In this document: positions 31,620 to 45,639 of the stretch, piece after piece | How positions within the stretch are numbered: position 1 is the stretch's first letter | Layout of the letters: every line of letters begins with the position of its first letter | DNA from: Eledone cirrhosa | Lineage: Eukaryota | Length of the DNA: 64,000 nt | Assembly: GCA_964016885.1 (NCBI GenBank) | Contig: OZ024749.1 | Location: 22,134,001-22,198,000, forward strand | Direction: 5' to 3' | Made by a program: the position numbers and the translations under genes | The notes under the pieces: model-generated | Databases searched by the model: none | What the model was told of the DNA's origin: nothing | What the model saw: the letters and a program-made list of their open reading frames with translations, nothing else

Positions 31620-31621
<2 letters not shown>

Positions 31622-34600
31622 AGATCTCAACAGAGATTACCCACAAGAAACTGGGCGAAAAAACGATCTAAACCTGAAAGCAAACCTAGGTCATTTCCCC
31701 AGATTGTTAAAAATAATGCTAACAAGAAATGGAAAAATAATATACAGAATACCAAAAATAGGACAAAATACATAACGAAACCAAATATAATATCACGACC
31801 AAATGTTCATCAAGCGAACACCAACAGGAATATAAATCCTGAACAGAGAAAAATCCATTTTTTAACGTCAGGACAACAAAAATCGGAAAAAGAAAAACTC
31901 CAGGAGGAAACATACCCAAAACAACTGTACACGTAGATCCTAAAAATAATTAATTTATCCAAAAGAGATCTTGACAATGATGAAATGCAAATTCTGTCAA
32001 AAGGACTGAAATTCACACCGACTCCAACAGTCAATCACCAAGAACTGAAGGAGGATACCCAAGAATTCTGTCGAAAATTACGTCTTGTAGAATTCTTCGC
32101 TGATAAAAATAATGAGAGTGATGAATCACTAGTAAAGAATAAATCAAATTTCACTCCGCCAAAAGGAAGAAATATCTATCTCGACCAATAAATTGACATC
32201 CTGTCTAAATTTCCTCTTAGACGTAATACTAATGTTAGGCCAAACATTAACAAATCAGAAATGTCTGCACTTATACGTATACAAAATTATAAAACAATAA
32301 TAATTAAACAAGCAGATCAAGGGTGTGCAGTTGTTATAATGGATACTGAATACTACAAGGATTTGGTTGAGGAACAACTGAAAGACACAACATTCTATCA
32401 TGAAATACCGTCAAATATAGACCACAACATCATGAAGAAGATCAACAACCTGGCTTCAAAATACCACAACTCATTTACTGATAAGGAAAGAGACTACATC
32501 ACCAATTTTGAGCCAAAACCCAGCAACCTGTATGGCCTACCGAAAGTTCATAAGTCAAAATAAATACAACTGGCAGTAAGAGAACAAAACAGTGAGTACA
32601 TTAAATTACTACACCCAAAAGACTTAAAACTTAGACCTATTATAGCTGGTCAAACATGCCCACCCCACCGTCTAAGCAATATTGTTGACATTATTTTGAA
32701 ACCACTATGTATTCACATACCCAGTTTCATCCGGGATGATATCGACTTCCTGTCCCATCTTCCCCAAACCACGGAAACGAATTCACTTCTACTTAGTTTT
32801 GATGTGGTAAGCCTTTACACCAACATTACACATGATTTAGGAATAAAGGCGGTTAAATACTGGGTGGAAAAACATAGAGAAGTGATTCCCATCAGATTCA
32901 CAGCGCCATTTATATTAGACGCAGTTAAACTTATTCTGGAAAACAACACTTTCTTCTTCAATGGAAAGAATTACATCCAAACTAGAGGCACAGCGATGGG
33001 AACGAAGTTTGCTCCCGTTTACGCGAACTCTGTAATGGGATACTTAGAACAACAACTCAACCAAGAAATAGAGGAAAAATATAGTACTGACTTTAGAAAG
33101 TACATTGAAAAATCTTGGAAGAGATACCTTGACGACTGTTTCATCATCTGGACAGAATATCTAGATACTCTGGATGAGTTCAATATCCTCCTGAATAACT
33201 TACACCCATCTCTCCAATTCACAAAAGTGATGAGTAGGACCAAATTACCATTCCTAGATATAATTATAATCAAAAACGACACCACCATTACCACGGATAT
33301 ATATTATAAACACAGACACCCATCAATATCTGAATTTTAAGTCGTTGCATCCACCTCATACAAAACGCAACATCCCATACTGCCTAGCCAGAAGAATTTG
33401 TACCATTGTAGAAGATACGAATACCAGGTACAAACGCCTAACAGAACTAAGAGAATGTTTGCTCAAACAAAAATACCCATTTCTACTTATAGAAAATGGC
33501 ATACAGCGGGCTATAAAAATACCTATACAACAACTTAGGACAACCCAAGGAAGAAGAAACCAAGAACTGGTCATACCATTTATAATGACACACAACCCAT
33601 GTCACCAGAATATCTTCAACACTGCCAAAGCAAACCTACCGATCATTGCTCAAAGTAATGAATTAAAAGGCTTAATCACAGATCGATCTTTGACTCTTAG
33701 TAAAAGACAGCCAAAAAATTTGAAGCAATTACTAACAAAAGCAAAGTTTGACCTTAACAACAAAGACCAATCATTCACTGTATCTAAATGCAATGATAGT
33801 CGATGCGGCACATGTCAATCCATACACGCCGGTCAATATATGAAAACAAAAACTGGAAAAATATTCCCAAATGCAAATATGAACTGCAAAAGCAGAAATC
33901 TAATTTACTGCATTAAATGCCCGAATTGTGAAGAACTATATGTCGGTCAAACTGGAAATGCACTATCGGAACGTGCACGGGTACACCGTCAGCAAATTAG
34001 AGACCCAAATGTCCGTCAGATACCCCTAAGTAACCATCTAGCAACATGTGGTCAGGGAATATTTATAATATTCCCATTCTACAAATTACACAGTCCAAGT
34101 GAAATCAAGAGAAAAATCAAAGAAAAGAATTTTATTGATAAATTCAAACCCAAGCTAAATGAACAATAATAACACTTAGGAGTATTACTTCTACTATGAC
34201 TATGACTACGACCATGTCGACTACGACCACTAACAACAACAACAACATTAATAATAATAATAAAAGTGATGTTGATGGTGATGATTACTAGAAAATGCTA
34301 TTTTCATCATTTCTAAAAATAGCAAAACGATTGATGCTTTGGATAGGATCAATTATTGGTCGTTAGACATGCTCAACCAATCGTGACGCTTAAACCAATC
34401 AGCTTTAGTAATCCAGTGAAACTACACACCGATTGGTCGAAATACAGTTTGCAAGATTTAGCATTCTGGAGACACTTATCACTGTATATAAGGTACAAAA
34501 TTTACCCATCTCATTACAGTTGAAAATTGCAAACTTGACTGTCACCACACATTATGAACCTGAAGATTGCGAAAGCATGAAAGTACTTGTTCAATTAACA

Positions 34601-34749
34601 CTTAACATTTAATATTCTATCATACTATTTCATTATAATACCATTATAAATTTTAAAGAATTGTAAATAAAACGAGTAAATCAGACAAAGTTGGAATTCC
34701 TCTTATTAATATAATCTTCTATACACAATCATACACACCCGTGTATATT

Positions 34750-34757
<8 letters not shown>
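31620..34757 (+). mobile_element. Near-full-length Neptune-like PLE (stops and frameshifts)
   Basis: IINLS..LSKGLKFTP, IIKQADQG, LYGLPKVHK, LRPII, FDVVSLYTNI, GTAMGTKFAP, RYLDDCF, LPFLDI, CNDSRCGTC, LIYCIKC..YVGQTG, FKPKLN. Confidence 0.92.
34555..34593 (+). ncRNA. Type I minimal hammerhead of the Neptune-like PLE
   Basis: TGAAC-CTGAAGA-T-TGC(gaaa)GCA-T-GAAA-GTAC-TT-GTTCA; palindromic AAGTACTT; predicted cut between 34588 and 34589. Confidence 0.85.
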
Positions 34758-34831
<74 letters not shown>

Positions 34832-34832
34832 A
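34750..34832. repeat. (TATC)n microsatellite
   Basis: Visible tandem tetramer. Confidence 0.95.
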
Positions 34833-35221
34833 TGTATAATCTAGCTGTCGTCTGTTCCACAGCGTAGATGTAATTCACTTCACGCAGAAGTTTTGTTCAA
34901 ATTTATTACGGAAATTTTGTAAGTTCAATTTTAATTTTGATACTATTGTGTAGCTTGACCCCCCGTCTGAACTGTCAGGCGGTGGGTCAGCTCATCTTCA
35001 CCCCTCCTAAAGGTGAAAAACCTGTTTTTTTAAATTTTGTGGCATAAAAAAATTTCAACCGCCTGACAGAAATGTTAAACGAAGCTAACGAAAGTAGTGG
35101 TGGGGGGACAGCGGTAAGAGTTGTAAGCTCGCACGCTTTAGTCCCCCCCCTTCCTTCCCAACTAACGTCATAGAGAAGGAAGGAAAAAATAAAATAAAAA
35201 CAGACGAATCTGCGGAGAAAA

Positions 35222-37024
35222 ATGACGAAAACACAAATCTGGACATGGATTCCAACAACGAAAAAAAAAATTTGAAAGATTGCCTGACAATATTAATACC
35301 ACAAACAAAGACACAACAAACACAAAAATAACATTTGAAAACAACATCATAACAGAAAGCAAAGCAGACGACAAAGTCAACACCAATAAGATTTCATTTG
35401 CACAAACAACAAAGAAATCTTTGACATATATACCTGAAAATATTTCAGATGTGGCACAAAGAATTACAGACGCCAAACAATACATAACTGAAGGGGAAAA
35501 TGGTATTTTATCGGTAAAAATACCTCAAGAACTCACCAAAGACATTGAAAGTCGGACGGTCGTTTTCCGCACCATCAACAACATTTCTAAAAAACCTCAA
35601 CAGCCAACACAAACAGAAATCAAAGCAGTACTTACAGAAGTACTTAATGAAACCACTTTCATAAGAAGAGACAGACTATATGGAAGCCTAGCGATTATTA
35701 TGAAGAACGAATCGGCGGCAAAAAATGTGCTTTGTCACCGATTCGTTCGACAAATTTTACCTTTTATCCATCTCATATGGGTAAAAGAACTCAGCGCATA
35801 TGGCTGGATGCAATGATGCCAGATCTGGACTACTGCTGGCTCATAGCTGGCTTCATCGATCCAGCGAATGACAACGTGATTTCCATTGGGAAAACCACAG
35901 GCAATGCGTTCAGTGGAACAGGTATAGAACTTGTAGTGCAAATGAAGCCTGAACGCATCGCCCAAATACCCGACAGAATCCTATTAGAGGGCCATGGGTA
36001 TATAAACATTAGCGTGGAGGGGAGAAGGCCGTCCTGTCATATCTGTGTAGGCAGAGGGCACCTGAAGGCGGCTTGTCCCCAACTCAACAAAAAGAAAACC
36101 CTGCTACCAACACCAGCCCCACCACCACCACAACGGATAAACAAACAACAAAACTCAGTCCCACCCAACCCGTCCCTCAGTAAAACTACAACCACGACCA
36201 CAACACAAACAGTCACAACACATTACCCAAAAACAAAATACAGTCCCACCCAACCCCTCACTCAATAAAACAACACAACCACCGCAGACACAACACACAA
36301 CACAGTCTAACATAGTGACATCCATCTCCCCCACAAAGAAAACCAATACGGAAATATTACCAGCAAACATACCTCTTCCCTCCAACACTGAAGATAACCC
36401 AACGAATTCGGAGGAAGAAACGGAGTCCTTCAGACAGATTAAAAGGAAAAAAAGAAAACATCTGCAAAACACACAAGGCCAAACAACCCCTACCCAAATG
36501 TCAACACAATGCAACAAAACACAAAACACCCCTCCAGCAACAAACAAAACCAAACCTGCCCTCCCCTCTTCGAAACACTCACACCATCCGAAAAAAAGAC
36601 ATTACACTATACTTACATCAACAGAAACAATAATAAATTAAATGAACTCATAAACAATAATCCTTCGGTACAAACCGAAGGTGTAAACTTTGTTTCTTCA
36701 GAAAACTACCCACATTTAAAATTAATAAAGATCCGAATGAACCTCTACCAAAAACTAAAAAAGGATTTTAAGGAGGACGTAGGACCACCCTCTGTCAAAC
36801 CCATAAACCGCGTCCTACTAAAAAGCTTTCCCCTCCCCTTCCCCTCCCCAACACAACTCCAAACACCCCAACCCCACCACACACTGACGATCCCACACCA
36901 CCACAAGACACCGCTTCACCCAACACCCCCGACCCCATGGAAGTCGTGCGACCCGAACCCCGGGAAGCAGAAAGGTAGGTCTCCACACTCTCCTTTGGCT
37001 TTGCCGCCCACATGGATGTGTTAA
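35222..37024 (+). pseudogene. LINE ORF1 (gag-like, zinc knuckle), frameshifted
   Basis: VEGRRPSCHICVGRGHLKAACP (CCHC) and a long Pro/Thr-rich tail, split over four ORFs. Confidence 0.75.
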
Positions 37025-40000
37025 GAGTAGGATGTTTGAATGCACGTAGCCTGGGCTCAACTTGTAAGCAAGCAAAGCTTCTAAATGACCTCAGGTCACG
37101 TTGTATAAATGTGATGGTAATCTGTCAGACTCGGATCAGTGTCGTGCAGCGGCTGGCCCCTACCTTCGTTGACTTTGAGGTGCATCCATCTCTCTGTCAA
37201 CATGGAGGTGGGGGTGGGGTTGTCGTACTGCTGGAAAAATACCTGGGTCTCGCCGTACAGGTTGTTCACTCGGACCTGGAGGGTCGTTTGTTGGTGCTAG
37301 ACGTTGGCAATAGTGAAGGTGCGGCCTTGAGACTGGTCGCCGTCTACTCCCCTTACGGAGCTGAACGGCCCGACTTCTTCCAGCGTTTGGAGACTTTTCT
37401 GGGAACGTCGCGTTCCCTGCTTCTAGCGGGGGATTGGAATGACATCCTAGATGCACGTTGGGACTATGCTGGAGCATGTCCTAATAGAAGGGGTGTAACA
37501 GCCTCAAGGGGTTACTCGACCGTTTTAACTTGGTCGATAGATATCGACTAGATTTTCCAACTGTGCCAACCTGGACTTGGACGAACCACAGTGGTCAATC
37601 TAGATCGTACTTAGATAGATTCTTAGTTAGAAGTAAGGATAGGGACATATTAAGCTGTCCAGAAATGCTCACGGTTGGCTATACGGATCACAAATTAGTG
37701 AGCTACGTAGTCAATCTCGAGAAAACACATAAACAGGGTCCCGGTTACTGGAAACTTAATTTGTCTTTACCGGCAAAAGAGACTTACAAAAACCGGATTA
37801 GCAGATTAGTTAAGGAGAGGTTGACGGGTGCAATCGTCAACAACCGATGGTGGGCATCTCTCAAAAGAGAGATTAGAACAGAATCAATAAGTTATAGCAA
37901 GATGTTAGCTGCCGATAGGAATAGAAACGAGAAAGAATTAACAGGTAAATTAGAAGAGGCAATCAAGAGCGAAGATGTGGCCAGAGTGATGGCATCGAGG
38001 ACGGCCTTGAACCAGTTTTTCGATGCAAAGCACGAAGGCTGCGTCATTCGAAGTAAAATACGTGCTCTAGGTAATGAGGGGGCCAAAGCCGTTGGCTGGG
38101 CCCGCGTGACAGAAGCTAAGAGTGAAAATCGATCCACCATCCGGTCTTTGCAAGACGAGGATGGACGGGTGATCCGGGAGCCTAAGCAGATGTGCGAGGC
38201 CTTTCAAAGGCACTTTGCCCGATTATTCGGGGGAGGCGAGGGTCCGGGCGGGGACGTGGATTTCGGTCCATACCTCGACGACCTGCCGCGTCTCTCGAGC
38301 GAAGAGGCAGAGTCCTGCGAGGGACCAATCTCGGGGATGCGCTGAGCCAATGCAGCAGACGCAAATCTCCAGGTCTCGATGGTATACCTTACGAACTTTA
38401 TTTAGCAATGCCGGTCTTCTTCTCCGAACTCCTCGAAGCAGTCTACTGCAATTGGCAGCAGAACGGGAGAATTCCTTGTTCTGTAGCCAAGGGCGTAGTC
38501 TCGTTGGTGAGGAAGGACGAGAACAAGGGGGATAGTATAAATAATCTTCGGCCTATAACCCTGCTAAACACAGAGTTAAAGATTTTGGCCAAGGTGTTAG
38601 CAAAGAGGTTGGCGCTTGTCGTGGGTGGCCTGGTGGGAGATGCGCAGACATGTGCTATCCCATCCAGGTCCATTCGCGATAACCTCCACCTCATGCGATA
38701 CATCATAGAGAGGGTTGGCAACAAACCCGGCTTCGGTTGGGCCCTGATCAACTTGGATCAGTCTAAGGCCTTCGATAGGGTCGACCATGGTTACCTGGAT
38801 GCGGTGCTAGCGGCGGCTGGATTCGGTCCTGTTTTCAGAGGCTGGATCACTGCCTTACATAGCAACCACATCTGTTCTGGGATCAAGGTGAACGGTTACC
38901 TTTCGAAGCCGTTCGAAATCACACGAGCCCTCTCTCCTCCCTTCTGTACGTATTGACTCTCGAGCCTTTACTGAGAAAGTTGGAGTTGTTGCAGGGTATC
39001 CCCTGGAACCAGGATTGAGCAAAGCGGTGTCGGCCTACGCCGATGAAGTAACAGTAAGGGTATCGATCGACTCGGAGATCGAGGCGATCGGTATCTTACT
39101 GGAGGATTACGAAAGGTTGTCAGGAGCGAAACTGAACCGGGAAAAATCCATCGGGCTGCAACTCGGAACGTGGAGAGGCAGACCGATGCCTCCCGACGGT
39201 GTCGTCGGACACTGGACGGAGGGCCCGGTGAAGTTGCTTGGAGTCTGGTTTGGACCGGATCTCCAGGTGGAAAAGAACTGGGACGAGGTTACGAACAAGG
39301 TCTTTGCACTAACCCAGAAATGGGCCAAATCTAAGCTGTCCCTAAAAGGCCGGGCGGAGGTGGCGAACATTTACATAGCTTCCGTCACTTACTACCGCCT
39401 GACTGTCGTACCTTGCCCTAAGGAAACACTCACCACCATGGAACGCATGCTCTTCCAATTTCTTTGGAAGAAGCGCCCTCCTATGGTGAGAAGATCCATC
39501 TGCTGCCAACAACCTTCGAAAGGATGGCTGGGGATGCCGTGGTTGATGATGCGTAGGCACGCATTAAGGCTACGGCACCTACAGGTATTCCTCACTGGTC
39601 AACCGGTGTGGGCTCCGTTCGTGAAATGAGCCTTTCCGAGACTCGTCTCGCTCATCGAGCTGCAGTCCTGGGTCAGGCAAAGATCCGGAAAACTGGGAGA
39701 CTGGCACACTGAGTGTGCCCAGGCGCTCAGGGCTCTCTGGCAAGCGGGCCAGGCCATCGGTGGAGAATCCACCTCATCATTCTATAGAGGGCTGGTGGCT
39801 AGCAGGGGCGATGACACCCTTGGAGAGTCGCTGGACATGGAAGAGGACGAATTGGCCAGCCTGTTCAGTAGGACTTTCGGCCCGGGACCAATGGACAACT
39901 TCCAGAAGTCACTAGCCTGGCAATGCTACCGGGGGGCTCTACCCGTTCGAGAGAGGCTCTACAGACACGGGCGCCCGGGCAGGGATCCCTCGAAAAAGAT

Positions 40001-40418
40001 TTGCCCTAGATGCGTGCGTCACGAAGAAACCGTTGCGCACGCATTGGTGCAATGTCCGGGCGTGGCTGATCTGTGGGGCTACGCCGAACGACTGCTGTCG
40101 CGGGTGGCGCCGATTCGATTGACCGCCGAGTCCGTGATGACAATCAAGCCGCCTCCCCTCTTCACAAAGGAAGCAAAGGCGGTTTTTCTGTGCGTAATAG
40201 CCATGTTGAAAGAGGTTGTTTGGTGGACACGATTGAAAGGTCTGTGGTCAGGCAACTTCCTCTCAGGCCATAGTCTGGTCTACTTCTTCCGATATCACTT
40301 CGGAAGAAGGATAAGAATGGAGAGAGAGGTGCTTGGCCAGAGGCAGTTTTATGAAAGGTGGGTGATAGTGGCGAGAATGGCTCGTATAAATGGGCCTTCT
40401 CTGTATACCATCCTGTAG
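37012..40418 (+). pseudogene. LINE ORF2: apurinic endonuclease, reverse transcriptase and C-terminal zinc finger
   Basis: VGCLNARSL, LAGDWN, YLDRFLV, TDH, GYWKLN, SPGLDGIP, RPITLLNTELKILAK, LDQSKAFDRVDH, AYADEV, CPRC..ETVAHALVQC; several frameshifts. Confidence 0.92.
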
Positions 40419-40644
40419 GTAAAGAAATGAAGGATAGGGGAGCACCTTCTCCATGTGCTCTCCGGGCAAAGGATTGCACACTTTTTCGGGGGTGTGTGCA
40501 ACCCCCATCACGTCCCCTCCCTTTTGAGGTTGTTTTCGATTATTTCATTTTATACCCTTTTTACTCGATTTTATGTAAACTCCCCCTTTGTATTTGTCCC
40601 TTCTTTTTATGCCTTTATGGTAAATAAAGAAATATATCTATCAT

Positions 40645-40897
40645 TTGACCGGTATTTATCCCGGTTTCATGGCGTGAAGCAACTGAGAGTACAAGACTAC
40701 CCCTTGGACAGGTCACCAGTCCATCGCAGGGTTAACTCCCCAGCTATTGCTGGTACTCATTTTCAGGTGAGTATACTGGAGCAATGTGAAATGAAGTGTT
40801 TTGCTCAAGAACACAACACACAACTCAGCCCAGTTATCGAACCCACGACATTATGATCGTAAATCCAACACACTTACCACTAGGCCATGTACCTCCA
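40645..40897 (-). mobile_element. tRNA-derived SINE
   Basis: Reverse complement: tggcctagtggtaag...gtgggttcgataactggg...gttcttgagcaaaacacttcatttcacattgctccag. Confidence 0.75.
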
Positions 40898-40912
40898 CAT
40901 ACCTGTGTGTCT

Positions 40913-41130
<218 letters not shown>

Positions 41131-41217
41131 GTGTTTAATAGCAGCATCCGATAAATATATATATAGGGAGAGAGGTAGAGAGAGTGAGAGATAAACGGAA
41201 CATGTATGTATATATAT

Positions 41218-41285
<68 letters not shown>

Positions 41286-41648
41286 GGGAGTCAGAGATAA
41301 ACGGAAGAATATATATATATTGATTAGTTTTTTCGTTGTTTTGGTATTATTTTCAATTTGTGAAGCTATCTAAACGTAATGTTATTACTCGAAGGAGCTA
41401 CACTGATTGAGGTGAGTAAATAATATGGAGAGAGATGTTTAAGTAATATTTTCTGAGAGGGATTCTAGTGTCACAGTTACTCTATCCACATATTGAACGA
41501 CAGTGTCGTACATTATAACTACAGGGCTCCAGGCATTAGTGGATCTGGTACACAGTCCTAATTTCCATCACATGGAACAAAATCAAAGAAAAATAGATAT
41601 AAAGTACACAAAAGAAAAGAACAGAATCAATAGTGAATAAATGCAAAA

Positions 41649-41887
41649 ACACAGAGTACATATATGCAAAATGATCCATATGATTGTCCATCTGTCCATG
41701 TATTGATATATTACACTGGACGGGCATAATAGTAACTTTCGGCAGGGTAAATACGCGGAAACAAATAATAGGATAAACCCCTATTTTCCTGCACCAAATC
41801 GCATTTGAACAGAGGCCCCCTCAATTCAATCTATACATGGACAGATGGACAATCACATGGATCATTTTGCATATATGTACTCTGTGT
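41649..41887. repeat. 55 bp inverted repeat around a spacer of about 130 bp
   Basis: 41649-41703 versus 41833-41887, one mismatch. Confidence 0.85.
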
Positions 41888-43705
41888 CAAGTAGTGCACG
41901 TTTCAAATAGGATTCCTTCTTGTTTTTGTTTTGTTGACTATTCAACTGGTTTGAGAGTTTAGTTCTACGTCTCATAAGAATTTTCCTATCTCTGGGAATA
42001 AGATTTTTGTGTCTGTTTGCCTCTTTCTCCGGGACAAACTTTTTGCATATAGTGTGTATCGTTGTCATGAAGTGTTGAAATTGTGTGTTAGTGTCTTGTG
42101 TGGCGGTGTTTTCACTCCATGTTTGCTTCCGGATTTCTCCCTTAATCTTTTTCCAGTTAGCCTTGTAGAAGTTAAGGCTGGATAGCGTCCCGGAGCTTCT
42201 TGGTGGTTTTGTCTCTGTTGGTTCTCTTGGACCACATATCATTAGCTCTACTAAGTTATGATCCGAGAGAATTGTTGGTGTCACCTTTACATTGTGGATG
42301 AGCACTTCGTTGTTTGTAAAACAGAGGTCCAGGACATTTTCGCCTCTTGTTGGGAGGAGTATTGCTTGCTCCATGAACAGCCTGTGTGTGAGGGCCAGCA
42401 GGGATTCCGTCTGTCTCTGTTCTATTGACGTCATTCCAGGGAGGAGGTGGCCCTCAGGCCATTTGACCTTTGGTAGGTTGAAGTCTCCCAGCAGTAGGAT
42501 GTTGAGACCCTGGTCCAGTTTGTCAAGGACCTCTACTATCCTACGTAGGCTATCCTCAAATTTACCCTCATGACTCGGGGCATCGGGCGGCCGATATGTG
42601 ACACATATTACTGTCTGTAGTTGCTTCATATGTATTATCAGTGTGTCACAGACTGAGTTTCAATGTGTCAACAGTACAATTGGTGTGACATCTTCACGGA
42701 TATACAGAGCAACCCCACCATGAGTTCTCTCCTTCCTGTCCGAACGAAATACAGTATATTTCGGTATATGTATTTCTGCATCTGCTATACTGCTTGTCAG
42801 ATGCGTTTCGGTTAGTGCCATGTATAGTGCTTGATTGCTTATGGCTAAGTCTCCCAGGTAGGAAATTTTACTCGTGTTACTGAGTTTCACCAGGCCTCTG
42901 ACATTCAGCAGCAGCACTGGTGTGACTTTTGGGGTGCCAGTAATGGCTGTCGGTATGACACTTGGTCTGGTGTCAGCGGCGGCCACTCTGGGTCCCTTAA
43001 CTGTGGTGGTCTCGAGTGCTGGTGTGGATGACCCTGGCTCTGGAGACGATGCAGCCAGGTCAGCTGTCCCACAATCTTCTCTGCCATCACTAAAAAATGT
43101 TTCTGCTCTGCTGCTGCCATCTGTATCTCGTCGGCATCTGCGTGCCTTCTCATTGTTGGTGCGGCACACGCGACATCAGCATACTTCTGGAGCGGCTTAT
43201 TTCGGCTTTGGCTGGGGCATGTTGCGCGAGTAGGATGGGCATAGTTCGTTTGAGACCTAGGGTGGGCGAATCTGCATCCCATCCCTGTCTCTCCATGCCA
43301 GCATGTCTCGTTCTTGAAAAACTTGCACATTACTTGGGATTTTTTGCTCCCAGTGTCTCGGTGCTTTCTGTTCTTCCTTTGAACAGTTGTCCACTGGTCC
43401 CTCTGCGCTTGGTTCTCCTTCGGAAGGTGATTTCGCTTTTCACCTTTGCTCTTTGCTTGTTGGTTGCCCGGCCTGTCCTCCCTGCCTGTGGCGGAAGGTA
43501 TATCATTTTCTTTCAGGTCCGTGCTTGTGCTCTCCTCCTTTTACTTTTCCTTTTCCTTTACCTTCTCTTTCTCCTCATCCCTCTCTTCGGTTTTCTCCTC
43601 CCTGAGGACACGGCTTAGCATCGCCATATGTGGCGCTATGGGGACATACGCCTTCTCAATTTCTTTTCTCTTTCTCTCTATCTGTGCCAGGGTCCTCAGA
43701 AACCC
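41888..43705 (-). mobile_element. CR1-group LINE 5' portion (ORF1 with CCCH finger plus APE endonuclease), 3'-truncated
   Basis: CKFFKNETCWHGETGMGCRFAHP; LLLNVRGL, ALTETHL, DRKERTHGGVALYIRED, VTYRPP, LLGDFNLP, PTRGENVLDLCFTN, SDH. Runs into the assembly gap. Confidence 0.85.
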
Positions 43706-43905
43706 NNNNNNNNNNNNNNNNNNNNNNNNNNNNNNNNNNNNNNNNNNNNNNNNNNNNNNNNNNNNNNNNNNNNNNNNNNNNNNNNNNNNNNNNNNNNNNN
43801 NNNNNNNNNNNNNNNNNNNNNNNNNNNNNNNNNNNNNNNNNNNNNNNNNNNNNNNNNNNNNNNNNNNNNNNNNNNNNNNNNNNNNNNNNNNNNNNNNNNN
43901 NNNNN
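43706..43905. other. Assembly gap (200 N)
   Basis: Run of N. Confidence 1.
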
Positions 43906-44090
43906 TGGCCTTAGTATATATTTATACATAATATATATATATGCATATAATATATATATACATATTATACATAATATATATACATATAATATATATATAT
44001 ATATTATATATATATATCATATATATATAATATATATAATATATATATAAAATATATATAATATATATATATTTAATATATATATATATA

Positions 44091-44130
<40 letters not shown>

Positions 44131-44153
44131 TTTATATATACATATAATATATA

Positions 44154-44207
<54 letters not shown>

Positions 44208-44290
44208 TATATATACATATAATATATATAATATATATATATATAATATATATATATATATACATATAATATATATACATATAATATATA

Positions 44291-44321
<31 letters not shown>

Positions 44322-44438
44322 ATATATATACATATAATATATATATACAAATAATATATATAAATATAATATATATATATATATATATAATATATATATA
44401 TATATAATATATATATATAATATCTATCTATCTATCTA

Positions 44439-44497
<59 letters not shown>

Positions 44498-44507
44498 TAT
44501 ATATATA

Positions 44508-44538
<31 letters not shown>

Positions 44539-44590
44539 ATATATATATATATATACACATTTAATATATATATATATATATATAATATAT

Positions 44591-44661
<71 letters not shown>

Positions 44662-45257
44662 TATATAATATATATATATATGTAATATATATAAATAATA
44701 TATATATATATATACATATAATATATATTTAATATATATATATACACATATAATATATATATATTTATAATATAAATATATATACATATATATTGAGATA
44801 TACATATCATATATATATATATAATATATATTTATATATATACAAATAATATATATATATACATAATATATATATATATACATATAATATATATATATAT
44901 ATACATATATTATATATATACATATATAATATATATATATAATATATATATTATATATATATATATATAATATATATATATATACATATATATATATAAT
45001 ATATAAATATATATATTTATATGTATATATATTATATATATGTATATAATATATATATAATATATATATACATATATATATATATAATATATAAATATAT
45101 ATATTTATATGTATATATATTATATATATGTATATAATATATATATAATATATATATACATAATATATATATATAATATATATATATACAAAATATATAT
45201 ATAATGTATATATACATATATATAATATATGTATATATAATATATATAAACATAATA

Positions 45258-45300
<43 letters not shown>

Positions 45301-45315
45301 TACACACACACACAT

Positions 45316-45360
<45 letters not shown>

Positions 45361-45639
45361 ATTTCAATTGAATCACGATTTGGTGATAGACGAGAGAGAA
45401 GCCATCAGGTGAATTAATGGCATTGGTAACTTATAGGCTTTGAATGTAACGATAACTCCTTGTTCTCACATACACACACACACACTCACACTCACATACA
45501 CATATCTATATAAATTCATATGTATATATACATACATCTATACAAACGCATACACATACATACATACATACATAGATACATACATACAAGCATACATACA
45601 TATACATTATATATATAAGTATGTATGTATAAGTGAAAT

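Larger units (their letters stand above)
34838..40632 (+). mobile_element. L1/Tx1-type LINE, near full length, decayed
   Basis: 5' UTR, ORF1 with a CCHC knuckle, ORF2 with APE, RT and zinc finger, and AATAAA at about 40624. Confidence 0.9.

Noticed and set aside
31935-33340. Selenocysteine read-through in the PLE ORF (as in Naiad PLEs)
   Set aside because: The interrupting stops are TAG/TAA or frameshifts rather than TGA at Cys positions, and the endonuclease is C-terminal.
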